Shown here: positions 37,360-51,904 of the stretch, piece after piece
Layout: each line of letters starts with the position of its first letter
Position numbering within the stretch: position 1 is the first letter of the stretch
Assembly (NCBI RefSeq): GCF_006345805.1
Contig: NC_043002.1
Coordinates: 95,356,001 to 95,420,000, forward strand
Length of the DNA stretch: 64,000 bases
Direction of reading: 5' to 3'
Source of the DNA: Octopus sinensis
Taxonomy: Eukaryota
Translations under genes and position numbers: made by a program
Notes under the pieces: generated by a model
What the model saw: only the letters and a program-made list of their open reading frames with translations
Databases searched by the model: none
What the model was told of the DNA's origin: nothing

Positions 37360-40300
37360 CAAAATAAGGGATTTGCAACATATTAAGAGGTCAGGGTACT
37401 TGATTCTACACAAAAAAATCCAAGTTTTTTTTTTTTCTTTTTCTTAGTGCGGGTGTTACACAAATAAATTTACCCACATCTGCTAGTTTGCTGCTATGAC
37501 AACAATGACAAGAATATTGAAACATGTCAAAAAAAAACAAAAAATAGGATAAAGGAAAAGGATATATAAAATATAAATGGAGAAAAACACATTCCTTGTC
37601 ACAGAACAAAGATTTCTTGATAAGAAAAATCTAATCATAAAAAAAGGCAGTGGCTATCCCAATTGGAACTGGAAGAGATCTCCTAAACAATAAAAGATGA
37701 AGAACATGGCTATGTAGAAGAGGAAACTGAACAAGCAGTAGCAGAAAGACCAATAAATCATTGGGAAAGAAATTAAAAGACAGGATGGAAACAAGTGTTA
37801 CTACATGGAAAGAAAGGATGTTACAGAAGAGGAAATATGCTTCCTGCAATGGCTAGATGAGACACAAACTAGTGATGAATGAGACTACCAACTTTGAGAG
37901 GAATCAAAAGAAAATCAACATAAAGTAGTAAAGAAGCTGGATGAGCTCTTACCGAAAACCAATGTTGAAAATTAACAGATGTAAATGATTTCATGTACTG
38001 TGCAACCTCTGTTGTAGTAACTATTAGGGTTAAAAGTGAAGCAGAAAAACTAAGTGGGTGGGGACAAAGTGAAAATGCAGACTCGATATTCAAGATGAAC
38101 AGCTCATTAAAGATTTTGAAAGGATAAATACAATTATTGAAACAAAGATAGTGAAAGAAAAATACATGGAAGAGCTCCAAGACAAAGATTTAAGCAATAT
38201 TAAGCAAAACTACTAGATATTAACAAAGAATGTACCAATATCAGCAGAACAATGAAAGGAAATTTTACCAATAGCTGAATAATAAGGATGAACATCAGAA
38301 GAATTACGTGCCAAATGCTTAAGCAGCAAGGAACTTTTGGTCAAATATTTGGAGCAACATAACAGGAAAGGGAACTAATTATGGAAATTTAAAAGTGAAA
38401 TAGAAATAAGATCAAAACAAGAAATTATGAATATGAATATTATAGATGAGGAAGGGAAAATTATGTGTAAGAAAACATTAAATATCCCTGAAACTGGTGG
38501 TATTCTGGATTCAGATTTTAAAATCTCAGAAGCATGTACAGCTATATACAACTATTTCTTAATGACTGTATAGAAAATGGAACACCAACATGGATGAAAA
38601 AAGGGAAGACAGTACAAACACAGAAAGACACAGAAAATGGAAGGGAAAAATCAGTAATTATAAGCCTGTTGAGAAGAGAAGAGCAAAGGGACACAGAAAG
38701 AAGTGAAGAGGATCTGTAGTATGTCAATTGTATATTAAGCAAAGTGCAAATAAGAAAGAATGACAGACTACATTAAAACCAATGATACTGTTCCATATTG
38801 TTCTTGGTTCTTAAAGTGCCTGAGGATGCTTTGGGTCAGGGAGAAGATTAATAATTTTTAGAAAATGCAATGGGCTCATGGGAATTATAACCAAAATGCA
38901 GAAATATATCATGAAGATATATTATGAAAATTTGTAGAGGAATATTTCAAGGAGACTTGCTTGCTCCATTACTTTTTGTCAATGTGTAAATCACTCTAAC
39001 ATGCATATCGCTCTAACAAGCCTGCCAATGAGTTTGCCGAAACCGGGCTGAAAATAAATGTCCTGCTATATATGAATGACCTGAGACTGAACTAAAAAAG
39101 AAAAATGATGACCTGCATTCTTTGATCCAAACAGTAAGAATATTTAAAAAAGAAATTGGTATGCAGTTTGGGGTAAATAAGTAAGCAGTTTTGATTATGA
39201 AAAGAATCTGCAAGGTTAAAACTGATGGTATAAATTTACAAGATGATATCATTAGGTTGTTGAGAGGTAATGAGAGATACAAGAACCTAGGGAAGTTATA
39301 GGACGATAGGGTATAGGATGATAGGATAAGCTATAGGATGAAAGAGAAGTGAAGGACAAAATCTTCAAAGAATACAAGAATAGGATTAGGAAGGTGCTCA
39401 AAGCATAAACTAAATGCAGGGAATGTTATCAAGGCATTCAATAAATGGGCTGTATCAGTATTGAGATACTCAATACCATTTTCTACAGGAATTAGATAAA
39501 ACTAGTAGCAGCTCAAATTCCCAAAATACACTTTCCTAAAAGCAATATCAACAGGTTCAACTTAGCAAGAAAGGAAGGAGGCAATGGTTTGTTAATCACA
39601 TAAGACACCATCAGAACAGTGATATTAGGTTTAAACAGCTATGTCAAAGTGCAATGAAGAAATAATACAGCCTGTGATCAGAAATATCCCCAAAAGTCAC
39701 AGAAACTGCAAGAGAATTTGAGAACAGAAAGAAGAACAACAAGCCAAATAGCTAGAAAGAGAAATAATTACATGACTAACCAAGAAAGTAAAGAATGCTG
39801 GTTTTGACTGACAAATGGAAACTGGAAATAAGAAAAAGTTGCTAACCATAGCCACTCCAGAACAAGCCATTTGAATAAACTTGACAAAGATTGATAAAAG
39901 TAAGAGTGGAAATGCAAAATCTTTGGAAAAGGAAACAAAAATATAAACCATTCCTTAAGTGAATGCAGTAAGCTTGCACAAAATAGTATAAGTGCAAGCA
40001 TGACTGCATCAATAGAAGGGTTCAAAGTGACAGAAAAATGGTAAGAACACAAGCCAGAGGCTATGGATGAGGAATGTTAACTACAGGATTTTATAGGATT
40101 TCATGGATTTCACCATAAAGATTGACCATACTAATGAAACAAGGAGATTAGATGTGATCATAGAGGACAAAAAATAAACACTGTAGGATCATAGACTACT
40201 ATATAATAATAGAGGGTATACCAAAGAAATTAAAAAAGATTGGACCTGAATAGAGAAGATGAAGAGAATGTTAAGGACTAAGGTGACAATTGTTCCTCAA

Positions 40301-40522
40301 GTAACTGGTACTCTTAGCACAACACCAAATTTGCTACCTAAGAAGCTGAAAGATTTGGGAATTGAGACATGCTGTATCAACATGCAGTAAAATGCCATAC
40401 TGTATTCTGCAAGAATCTTAAGAAAGATTCTTTAGATTTGAGGAGACATTTTGCCACCAAACCTCAAAATGATAATCCTTGTTAACTAAAAGTAGTATAG
40501 AATAGCTTTATAATAATAATAA
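37360..40522 (+). mobile_element. Decayed R4/Dong-like (RLE-type) non-LTR retrotransposon, copy 1
   Basis: RGIFQGDLLAPLLF (~38935), YMNDLRL (~39070), IGMQFG, LNAGNVIKAFNKWAVSVLRY, SECSKLAQ..KHD (~39960), C-terminal AILYSARILRK, (TAA)4 tail at 40511-22; many stops. Confidence 0.75.
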
Positions 40523-41877
40523 TGAAAAAAAGAATTTAACTAAATATAACGAGTTGGTACAAAAACATTGCTTCCATGGAAACAAACAGGAACATTAATA
40601 AACTAATTGACATAAGCTGTTCAGTAACTATGGTAGTACCAATGGAAGCAGAGGTCGGTTCTCAAAGAGGTATCTTAGTGAAACCTACCAGAAATCAGCT
40701 CAAAGAAAATGGGGAGGGAGTTATTTTATATAAATAGTGAGAGGAAAAATTATCAGCAAAATATTCTGAAAGTGAAAGGAAGATTAAAGCAAATCATATC
40801 AGCAATATCATATAGGACAAATTATTAGAAAAACAGAAGCATTTCTTTTAGAAGAATAAGGTATTTGAAACAATTATCAAAATATTTTACAGGCACATCA
40901 CCAATAAAAAGCATGATAGTGAACGAAATGCTAACATCAGCAGAAATTCAAAGTAGGCTGTAAGGGAATATGGAACGAAAACATTGAGCACAATCAATGA
41001 GAACAATGGATTAGAAGGAAGGGAGATAATAAAATGCAATATTGTTGTAAACATGGCTCAGCATAAGTAGCGGGGATTTCAGCAATATCATTGATAAAGA
41101 TGGCAAGTAACTGGAAAGCTCCTGGATTTAACAAAGTCTGCAATTTCTGACTGAAAAGCTTAACTAGTTTTCATGCATCTGTAGCAGCAATAATTTCAGG
41201 AATTAATAAAGAGAGCAGAATTAATGCCTCAGTGGTAAACAGAGAGAAAATAATATTGATTCCTGAAAACAAGAACACCGATAGCCCTCAAAAGTAAAGA
41301 TCTAAAACTTGCTTGCCAACAATATGGAAAGTCCTTACATGTATATTTTAAAACAAGTTAACTGATCATCTGGAAAATAGTAATATCTTATCAGAGGAGC
41401 AGAAGTAGAGTTGGAGAGGATGTATGGTTGTAAAAAATAAATCATTGGTAAATCAGATAATTGTTCAAGACAGTAAGGAGAGATGAAAAATTCTTTAGCA
41501 TGGCATGGATTGATTACTGAAATACATTTGATATCATATCAAATTCTTGGATATTGCAAACACAGCATATAAATAAAGCAGCTGTGATACTAACACTGTA
41601 TATCAGCAATGTCATGTCAAAACAGAAAGCAATACTACATCAGCACAAAGAGATGGTAATAAACACCAACCCTATTCTCATAAAAAGGGGAATATTTCAA
41701 GGAGGCTTTAATCCCCTCCTATTGTACCTGGCTTTGACTCCATTATTAAATTTGCTGAACAAAACCACAGATGGTTATAAATTATATGGACGAATTATAA
41801 ACCATCTCTATACAGAGGATTTAAAACTATCTTACAAGGGACTATGCCCAGCAACAAAATTCCACCAGAATAATAAA

Positions 41878-43843
41878 ATCATCATCATCATTTAACATCT
41901 GTTTTCCATGCTGGTATGGGTTGGACGGCTTGAGAGGAACTGGCAAGGCCAGGGGCTGCACCAGGTTCCATAGTCTGTTTTGGTTTGGTTTCTATGGTTG
42001 GATGCCCTTCCTAATGCCAACCACTCCACAAAGTGCACTGAGAGCTTTTTACGTGACACTGTCACCAATGCTTTTTAAGTGGCACCAGCACCCACATCAA
42101 TGCTTTTTATGTGACACCTTAGTTTTACTATCTCAATTCTGTTGTGGTGAGCTGGTCATCTTGATATAGCAATGCACCACATAACTTGGTCCTCTGTCAT
42201 CTCCTTTGTAAGGTTCAGCATTTTGAAATTGGCCTTCAGTATTTCATTCCATGTCTTCCTGGGTCTACCTCTTCCACAACATTCCTCCAACTGTCCTCAT
42301 CCACCTGCATCACGTGACCAAACCAATGCAGTTTCCTCTTTTGCACACTGCATCTAATTCTTCTTATTCTCAGTTTCTCTCTCAATACACCAATGCTCTG
42401 TTTGCACATGCACAGTGACATCACACATCCAACAGCATACCAGCTTAATTTCCTCCAGCCTTTGCATGTCCTCTACATTCAGGGGCCACGTCTCATTACC
42501 ATCCAGCATAGCAGTTCATACAGATGCATCATACAATCTTCCTTTCACTCAGAGAGAGAGAGACTTTTGGCGGCCAACAGAGATAGAAGTTCTCTGAACT
42601 TACTTTCACTATCTTATTCTAGCTATTACACTTTCTGTACAACCTCTTCCACTACTAATTAGGTCACCTACATAGCAAAAATTATCTACAACTTCCAGAG
42701 AGCCACCAGGGCATTTACATTGGTTTCCCATGTATCTGTGATCTTTATGGCTCCTGTACATCTTCCACTTACAAACACTACTTTCTCTGTTAACCTTCCT
42801 ACAATTCCAATGCGCCTCTTGTGTGTCCATAGCTTGCACTGGGTACATCAAATGGAATTTCTGCCTTCACTCTTTCTACATATCAAGCAGAGCTTTTACT
42901 GGAAAGTTTGAAGGGAGGATCTTGTCTAACATTTTGCTTACTTGGACTTTAGTCTTTGCTAAGTTTATTTTAAGGTCCTTTGATTCCAGATTGTTTCTAC
43001 TCCTGGGATTTCTTTTTTTATTCTGTTACAGATTCTGCTTTGAAGGCAAGATCATCAACATGTAGTAGTTCCCATGAGCTTCTAGTCTTAAATTCTTCAG
43101 TTATAGCCTGGAAGATGATGATGAATAGGTGGGGACTGAGGACTGACCTTTGATGGACACCTATCTGTACACTAAATTCACCACTGTACTCATGGCCAAA
43201 TCTTACCTTACTAACAGCACCCCTGTACTTGGCCTGTAATACTTTCACAAGCCATTCATCTATCCTTAGCTTTCTCAAAGACCACCATATCACAGAGCCA
43301 GGTACTCTGTCAAAGGTTTTCTCTAGGTCAACAAATGCCAAGTACAATGGCTTGTTCTTAGTTAAGTTCTTCTCTTGCCATTGTCTGATTATGAAAATAG
43401 CATCCATGGTGGTTCTCTCTGAGACAAACTCAAACTGCATTTCATCTAGTCTAATTTTGTTCCTAATTAATTGGGCCATAACTCTCTCTGCAACTTTCAT
43501 CACCTAGTTTAGCAATTTGATGTATCTTTAATTACCTCTATCTAAGGCATCTCCCTTGTCCTTGTAGCAGCTGGCTATGATGCTGCTGCACCACTCACTA
43601 GGGATTATGTCATCCTGAATAACCTGATTAACTATACAGGTGACTAAAGTGTATCCAACTCTACAAGATATCTTAAGCATCTTGGTAGTGAGTCCTGATG
43701 GTCCAAGGGCTTTCCCTGTCTTCATATCTTTAATTGCCTTATTATCATGCTGCTGTCAAATAGGATAGCTGGCCCCCCTGTTGAGTTCACACAAGGAAGA
43801 TTCCCTTTCTCCCATTCATTTTCCACATTTAATAGTCTTTCAT
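41878..43843 (-). mobile_element. 5'-truncated RTE-clade LINE
   Basis: Minus-strand ORFs 43528-43725 and 43018-43503 (MQFEFVS, FVDLEKTFDRVP, GVHQRSVLSP, HVDDL); Cys-rich insert; (GAT)n tail at 41878-41891. Confidence 0.85.
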
Positions 43844-44500
43844 CACCGGTGATGAGAGTTGGGTCTACAGGTATGACCCTGAGACAAAGCAGCCATCATC
43901 ACAATGGAAGAGGCCTTCATCTCCATGACCAAAGAAGGTACAAATGAGTCACAGCTCAATCAAGAGCATGCTCATAATTCTTTTTGATATCCATGGTATT
44001 GTGCATTGAAAATTTGTCCCCCAGAGCCAGATTGTCAATCAAGAGTTCTACTGTGATGTTTTGAAGTGTTGAGAACATTCAGTGAAAGTGACTGGATCTG
44101 TGGAGCACAAAGAATTGGATTCCACATGACAACACTGCACCCTGTCACCAAGCTCTCTGCACTCATGAGCTTCTCGCCTAAATCAAAATAGTATCACTTC
44201 CACAACCTGCCCTATTCACCAGATTTATCACCTGTGGACTTCCATCTCTTCCCCAAGATGAAAATGCAGCTCAAAGGTTGCTGTTTTAACAACGTTGTCG
44301 AGATGAAGAGAATATCACAGAAGGTCCTTAAACTCACAGATAACCACTTCCAAGCCAGATTCCAAAAGTGGCAGAAATGCTAGAACCAGTGTATAAGTTT
44401 ACAAGGTAACTATTTTGAAGGAGATGATGTTAAAACTTAGGTAAATAAGTTATTTTTTTATAAAACATAACTAGTCAGGGAACATTTTGATGCCACCTTG
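43843..44500 (+). mobile_element. Mariner (DD34D-type) transposase 3' half with right TIR
   Basis: ITGDESWVYRYDPETK, HDNTAPCH, a frameshifted PYSPDLSPVDFHLFPK, GNYFEGD*; terminus GGGAACATTTTGATGCCACCTTG. Confidence 0.8.
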
Positions 44501-44850
44501 TTCAAATTCTTAGAAAGAGATCAAACCAACAAAATATGCAGAAATGAAAGAGAAAATTACAAAAGAATTCTACAGAAGAAACAGTTTAGTATTAATAAAC
44601 TGAACTCATTCCCAGGAATGAAATATTAGATTCATTTTGACCATCTCAGAAATAAATATTGACTCTTGCTGCTTCAACAAAAGTGAAAGTTAATACAAAT
44701 GAAGAGCTTAGACTGAAGGACTACAAAAAGGCCTATTGTATTTTGAAGTCATCGTCTTGAAGCCTAATAGAGGTAGGGTATCTCTTTCCTTTATACAGGG
44801 AAAAACTGATAAGGTAGAAACAGAAAGAAAGTGATGACATATTGGAGAGA

Positions 44851-45256
44851 TTCTTTTACTCTTTTACTCTTTTACTTGTTTCAGTCATTTGACTGCAGCC
44901 ATGCTGGAGCACAGCCTTTAGTCGAGCAAATCGACCCCAGGACTTATTCTTTGTAAGCCCAGTACTTATTCTATCGGTCTCTTTTGCCGAACCACTAAGT
45001 GATGGGGACATAAACACATCAGCATCGGTTGTCAAGCAATGCTAGGGGGACAAACACAGACACACAAACACACACACACATACATATATACGACAGGCTT
45101 CTTTCAGTTTCCGTCTACCAAATCCACTCACAAGGCATTGGTCGGCCCGGGGCTATAGTAGAAGACACTTGCCCAAGATGCCACGCAGTGGGACTGAACC
45201 CGGAACCATGTGGTTGGTTAGCAAGCTACTTACCACACAGCCACTCCTGCGCCTAT
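44851..45256 (-). mobile_element. SINE family A, near full length
   Basis: Reverse complement very close to 8716-9123. Confidence 0.85.
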
Positions 45257-47423
45257 AGATTATAATTAAAAACTAACAAAAAGAAAAAAAAGATAGATTA
45301 AAATAATAAAGGAACATGAAGAAAAAATGTTTTTTGTTGTATTTAAAAAAACAACAGAGAATGAATTAGAAAAAAAAAACAAGTAACAAAAAAGAGGACA
45401 TTCAAAATAGAACTCTAAATCATTCTAGAGAAAATTGAAGAGAAAAATCCCTCTACTGCCAAGAAGAATTAAGTCAGAGTGAAAGTCAACAGTGGCTGCA
45501 ATGCTTTGAACTGATGTCAGAAATGGAAGGTTTTACTTTAGCTGCATGACGTTAATGCCTAACTGCTGGCAAGGAAGGCATAAAAATGAAAAAGGAAATG
45601 AAAGGCTAACATTAAATAAAGATGAAATTGGTGTAGAGAAATAATTGATTTTATTGTCTCCGGCTGCCCAGTCTTTACAAAGGCAGAATATGTCAATAGA
45701 AATGATAAGGTGAGCAGCTATGTCCACTGGGTAATATGCCATCACTTTCATTTAGAGAAAGAGATACAAGCCTATACTGAAGGTGGTATGTGACAATATT
45801 AAGGGATACATCCCAGCATTTGTCCTTCTATCATACATTAGCCTCTTTCAAATACTTTCCCCGCTTAGTTGAGAGAGCTTTTTACTTTTCTTTTCCTCTT
45901 TCTGCTCTTTTCCTGTCTTGCAACTTCACTTGTGCTGGTGGCATAAGAAAAATATCCAGTACACACTGAAAGTGGTTAATGTTAGGAAGGGCACCCAGCT
46001 GCCGAAACCTTGCCAAAGCTGATTCTGAGGCTCATTGCAGCCCTGCAGCTTGCTGGATCCTTTCAAACTGTTCAACCCATGCCAGCATGCAAAACAGACG
46101 TTAAATGATGATGGTATCTGTCCAAACTGATGAGAAAATTAAAGCCAATTGTCCAAATATCACAATCAAGCACATAAACGTAAATTCATGTGCTCTCATA
46201 ACACTTCAATTGCTTTTGACCACTATATCATGCAAAAAAAAAGAAAAGGTGTTGGTAAAATAAAGTATGAGGATCTTACAATGGAAATAAGCAGAGTGAA
46301 AAGCTGTGCCATTAATAATTGAAGTATCAAGTAAGATGTAGAAGAATATGTGCAGAAAAAAATAAATAAACAGAACCACATTTCAACAAATAGCTCTGCT
46401 AGGCACAGCCAACATTTTCTGCAAAACATTTTCAATTACATAGCACAACCAACACAGTGTTGTTCAAACAACTCATTGAACACAATTCTAATCTCTACTA
46501 TAATACAACTACTTTACATACTTTATACTGGTAGTGGAAAATTTCCTCAAATACAGGAGAAATTTTACCGTCACATTTGAAAATGTTCACTGATAAAGTT
46601 CTCTAAAGGCCCATTTATATGCAAACATTTTAAGCCTTAAGACCAAAGCAGCAATTACAAGCTGCTTTCAATACCCCATAAGGTATAAATAGATTTCTTT
46701 TAACCGTTATGTACAGCCATTTGGCATTTGTTCATTTGTTTTCTCCTCTAAAAAATTTTCGCTTGCAGACATTTATTCTGTCTTAAACAGGCTGCGTAAA
46801 TTCAAGTTTTCTTTAGCTTGGTTGTCTACTGTGCCATTACAAATTAAATGCCATTATTTTGAAAGCTGGTTTATATCTATATTTCCTTTATCTATTTTTA
46901 TTAAAGATTTTAAAATAATATAAAATACATGAAAGTAACTGCTTCTAAAATGGCTAGTACTAATGAATGGGAAACTGTTGTAAGTGAAAGTCTTGTTCAA
47001 TGAACAATGGACAGATAATTATGTTTTTTCATAGAATTAGAAAGTGGTTATCATTGTTGTTTAACATTCACTCTTCCATGCTTGTATGACTTGGATGTAA
47101 TTTATTGCGACAGATTTTCCTATAACTAGATGCCCTTCCAGTCACCAACTATCATCTGTTTCCAAGTAGAGTAATATTTCTCATGGCTAAGCATATTTTC
47201 AAGGAAGATTGGAAACAAAGGATACTGCTCGCATATTTACAATTATCACATGAAATTGAAGCAAGGAGACCTCTAACACACATACACACACACTCTCTCA
47301 CTAATATATATATGTTGGGTTTCTTTCAGTTTCTGTCTACCAAATCCACATGAGACTGTGGTTGACCCAGGGCTATAGTAGAAGACACCTGCCCAGTGTG
47401 TCAAATGGTGGAGGTGATACACA

Positions 47424-47454
<31 letters not shown>

Positions 47455-47820
47455 TTATTTGCAACAGTTTGTAAAAAGTACAATCTCCAGTGTCACTATT
47501 TGACCAAATGAAGTATACAAGAAGTTGAAAAAGATTCTGCATTTGAAAAACATGAAAAGTTTAAGAAAATTCTTTATGCAAACAAAAATCTATTGTCAAA
47601 ACATATCAATAAAGTATAGATTTTTTGTGTGCATCATTTATTTGTTTCAATCAGTGAACTGCTGCCATGCTGGGGCTCTGCCCAGTACTTTAAAGTCTAG
47701 TACTTATTCTTTTGGTTTCTTTTGCCAAACTACTAAGTCATGGGGACATAAAAAATACGCTAATTTCGACTGGTGATGGTGGTGGGGACAAACACACATG
47801 CACACACACGCACACGCACA

Positions 47821-47851
<31 letters not shown>

Positions 47852-48374
47852 CAAATATACTGCATCAAGCCATAGAAATCATACCAAATCAGACTGGAGT
47901 CTGGCACAGCCCCTCAGCTTACCAGTCCTGGTCAAACGGTCCAACCCATACCAGTAGGGACAATGGACCTTAAATGATGCTGTTGCTACTGTTGCTGATA
48001 CACCTAACAGGCTTCCATACAGATTCTGTCTACCAAATTCACTCACAAGGCATTGGTTGGCCTGGGGCTATAGTAGAGGATACTTGCCCATGGTGTGGCA
48101 ATGTGAACTTCTTAATCACACAGCCATGCCTGCATCTAAGCAATACCTAAAAAATCTAGTGTGTTGTTCAATGCAGGGTAGCCTTTACTCTCCAGATGTT
48201 ATATTTTGAAGACTTCCCTATTCCAATACAAGATGAAGACCACTTGACTACATTGATATTATTGATAGAGACACATTGACATGAAAGTAAGGATCTACCA
48301 AACCGAATGGAGTACAGAGATCCATGGTGCTACATTTCAAATAAACAGCATCAGAATTATTGTTTTATTTGATG

Positions 48375-48757
48375 GGGGAGCACTCCATCGGTTACGACGA
48401 CGAGGGTTCTGGTTGATCCGAATCAACGGAACAGCCTGTTCATGAAATTAATGTGTAAGTGGCTGAGCACTCCACAGACACGTGCACCCTTAACGTAGTT
48501 CTCGGGGATATTCAGCATGACACAGAGAGTGACAAGGCCGGCCCCTTGAAATACAGATACAACAGAAACAGGAAGTAAGAGTGAGAGAAAGTTGTGGTGA
48601 AAGAGTACAGCAGGGATCACCACCATCCCTGCCGGAGCCTCGTGGAGCTTTTAGGTGTTTTCGCTCAATAAACACTCACAACGCCCGGTCTGGGAATCGA
48701 AACCGCGATCCTACGACCGCGAGTCCGCTGCCCTAACCACTGGGCCATTGCGCTTCC
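48375..48757 (-). mobile_element. tRNA-derived SINE (family D)
   Basis: Minus-strand head GGAAGCGCAATGGCCCAGTGGTTAGGGCAGCGGACTCGCGG...GGTTTCGATTCCC with clear A and B boxes, followed by ~300 nt of non-tRNA body. Confidence 0.8.
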
Positions 48758-50289
48758 TGATGAGATAATAGCATTTACATTTGGCTGTACATGTATAAAG
48801 GTTAATAGTAAACTGTACAGTGTAAGAAAATTTATCTGCTTTAAAATTTACTTCCCTTAAACTCAATGCATGTAAATATCTTGTCTCTAAAGTCAAATCA
48901 GCAATAAATGATTTTGATTTACTTCATAAAAAAGAAGAAAAACACTTAGCAGAATAGTTTTAGATGGTATGCCATCTATGGCAGGATTTCATAAAAGAAT
49001 TATTGCTTTTATCAATAAAGAATTGGAAAGCAATTGATTGATTCTTAATAATGTTTCATTGTATTATTCACCACCAACACTTATGGTCTCATTCTCTAAG
49101 AATGAATTACATGATAAAAGTGGTAAGAAATATGTATTAACTTCTTAAAAAGTAAAGGATTTATCATTAGAAATTTTTTTAAAATTTAAAATCCTTTAAA
49201 GTGGGATATGGTTAAGTATCATTGTACACATGCATGATGGGGATGCATTCTTAAATGTTGCTATGAGTCAAAAGACAATGAGAAAGCTTTCATGGATGTT
49301 AAAGACCATCCTTTTATAGAAACAGAATACTAATACGGCTATATGATTTGGCAATTTTAGTCAACACCACTAAGTTTGAAATTATGAGGCCAAATCATTT
49401 TATTACTTCTCTTTGTGTCAATATCATTGAATTAATTCTGTAATTGTTCATAATTCAATTTTTAAAAAATACCATATTGCAAGTATATTTTTAGAGACTG
49501 GAAGAACAGAAACTAGAACCAATGGTGAAAGAGGTTGCAGAGTATTTCAATCTTTTGGATCAATTTCAAGAAAAATGGCTTTGATATATACAAAATCATG
49601 AACTCAAACTATAAAACTAGGAAACTCCTTTTGATGTGATGCCAGAAGAAGCTCTGATTCTCAAACTCACATTAATTAATGCACACTTAAATTATATGTT
49701 GATATCAGAATTAAATAGTGTATCTATTTTAAAACAATATAAAGTCTACAAAGATAAAGAAAAATATTCACTTTTGAGGAAGCATGAATTGAAACTTGTA
49801 AAATATTTCAGAGCATGCACCCTCAACAGTTCAATTTCTGCATTTATGTATTTCAGTACCAAGAGTCAATTTCTATCTCTGTCCCAGCAGATGATAATAT
49901 ATCATTTAAAGAAACTGTGAAATTATTCATTTATAAATATAAAAATAGGTATCTTGGGACTGATTCAAAATTGAGGTAGAGACATACACCATGACTTACA
50001 CATATTCAGAATATATGCAAAACAGCACCACCAAACATTCAAATTTCTTCTGCAATGTACTTTCAATACAATAGATTTTTAAAAATCCTGCACAAAACCA
50101 AAGCACAAAAAACGGTACTTGATTATACAGTGAAAGCATGTAACAAGATCATGATTACTGAACTAATAATAATGATGTTGATGATAATAATAATAACAAC
50201 GTCAAAAAAGTCAAAAACGGTACAGGACAATACAATGTGGGGTTGCATAGTAATGTATAAACAGTATTAAAAAAGTGAGAAATGAAGAA

Positions 50290-51330
50290 ACAAAAATTTC
50301 AAACAAGAAATAATTCTCCAAAAAGTGGGAGATCTCTAATGGTGCCCTCCTTCTCCCCCTTTTCGGACTATCAGCACATCCTCATAATATACCTGTCCCC
50401 TCAGACCATCCTTGCCACTTTCATCCACCTCTCAACAAATCTGTTGTAAAGCAGCACTTCCCTCTCCAACCTCACTTTCCTTTTTAAATAAAATTTGAAA
50501 AAAGTTGATTAAGGCTTGGCCAAAGGGAGGGTTTTTGCCTTCAACCCTTTCAATCTCATCTATCAAATAATTTCTTTTGCCAAAAGTAGCCGGACAGATG
50601 ATAACTGCCTGTCCTTCATAGCCAAAGAAGGTTGCAAGACAATCTTCAGAATAGACTCAGCTTATAGCTGGATCCATCCAACATGAAATAGCAGATGTTC
50701 AACATAACTCCACAAGTCAGCAATAGCTGGGCATGGGATGAGTGTATGCAGAACAGTTTCATCACTGTGTATGTATCTCAGGCAGGCTCAACTGACAGTA
50801 CTCCCATGCCTGTAGAGTTTATCCAAAGCCAGCAATATCCCCTGGTAGCACTGCCAGGCCAGAGATTTCTAGAAATTATCCACGGGCTGCAGCCCAAATG
50901 TCTTTTGGAACACACCAGCCAGTTGATTTTCATTGCTGCTTGTGGTATCCCTCAGAATAACATTGCTCTTGCCCACCACTAACTTGCTATAGCAAGCCAG
51001 AGTAGAACTTCTAATGACTTCATTGCCTGACTGGCAGAGGGCTGTGAGAGCCTGATAATACTCTATCTGCTAGGTGACAACCTTGGTCTACACTTGATCC
51101 AGGACTGCATTTCTGTCAAAGAAAAGGGCAGTGAAAATGCCTATTTGACATTTAATGACCACACCTGCTCACCATCAAGGAATTGCTTGAGATGTCACAA
51201 CCACAGCATGCCCGCTTCTCCACTAAGCAGGTGTTGACAGCAAATGGAGCATCTGGAATGTGTCTCCTCCATAGTGAAAGAGCAGGTGCTCCAGTTTGGT
51301 AAGATGTATTGGGACCACACTTTCTTTAAA
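50290..51330 (-). mobile_element. Tx1/L1-clade LINE ORF2 3' remnant
   Basis: Minus-strand decayed frame KTFGLQPVDNF*KSLAWQCYQG...DKLYRHG...DETVLHTLIPCPAIADLWSYVE...FFKFYLKRKVRLER (zf-RVT-like and C-terminal region). Confidence 0.6.
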
Positions 51331-51552
51331 AGGAATTCAACAGTTTTTTTTAAAGGAATGTCACAGAAGTTTGCCATTACCATACTAGCAAATTAGTTGA
51401 CCTTTTCCTGCTGTTGCTGCTATAAACAAGTATTGAACAAGTCATAAAGTGAATCAGTGTGAGTTCATATCATTGGTACTTAACAATTATAGTTCTCCCT
51501 TTTTCTTAAGCAATTTACAACAGATATCTGAATAAAAGTTAAAAGGCTTTAA

Positions 51553-51774
51553 CCCTTTAGTGTTCACATTATTCTGTCCAAATTAATCCTTTTTTTATCC
51601 ACATTGTTTTGAACTAATCAGGCATTATCTTATAGCTATGAGATTTTGATGAGGTAGCTGTTAATTTTTAAAATGATATTGTATGGCTGGTGTGAGAGAC
51701 CAGATCTGGCCAGTTTGAACATAAAACAGGCAGAATACTTTTGGCCGGATATGGCCAGTTTAAATGCTAAAGGG
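51553..51774. mobile_element. piggyBac-type MITE (222 bp)
   Basis: TTAA on both sides (51549-52, 51775-78); TIR CCCTTTAG(T/C)/GCTAAAGGG. Confidence 0.8.
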
Positions 51775-51904
51775 TTAAACTGTAATCAGAATCAAGATAC
51801 AGACCAGTTAAGTACAACATATAGGATTTCTCTATGTAGATATTTAGTAATGAACAAATTAGCAAACCAGGAAATAAGTGTAATGATTGAATCACATTTT
51901 TTAT

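Larger units (their letters stand above)
40530..46240 (+). mobile_element. Decayed R4/Dong-like element, copy 2, fragmented by nested insertions
   Basis: Collinear motifs: NWKAPG (~41110), KRGIFQGG..PLL...INHLYTEDLKL (41680-41830), KEKITKEFYRR (~44545), QWL..EMEGF (~45490), CPVF...RNDKV..VHW.IC (~45665), QTDEKIKANCPNITIK (~46125). Confidence 0.65.

Noticed and set aside
46120-46180. Hammerhead core (CTGATGAG at ~46128)
   Set aside because: No helix II or GAAAC follows; the bases encode QTDEKIKAN of the R4-like endonuclease region.
48680-48757. tRNA gene on the minus strand
   Set aside because: A and B boxes are present, but the acceptor stem is incomplete, there is no T-run terminator, and it continues into a SINE body.
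49000-49920. hAT-like transposase remnant (including ORF 49636-49920)
   Set aside because: Only a vague resemblance (LEEQKLEPMVKEVAEYFNLLDQFQEKW); no TIR, TSD or catalytic motif that I can support.
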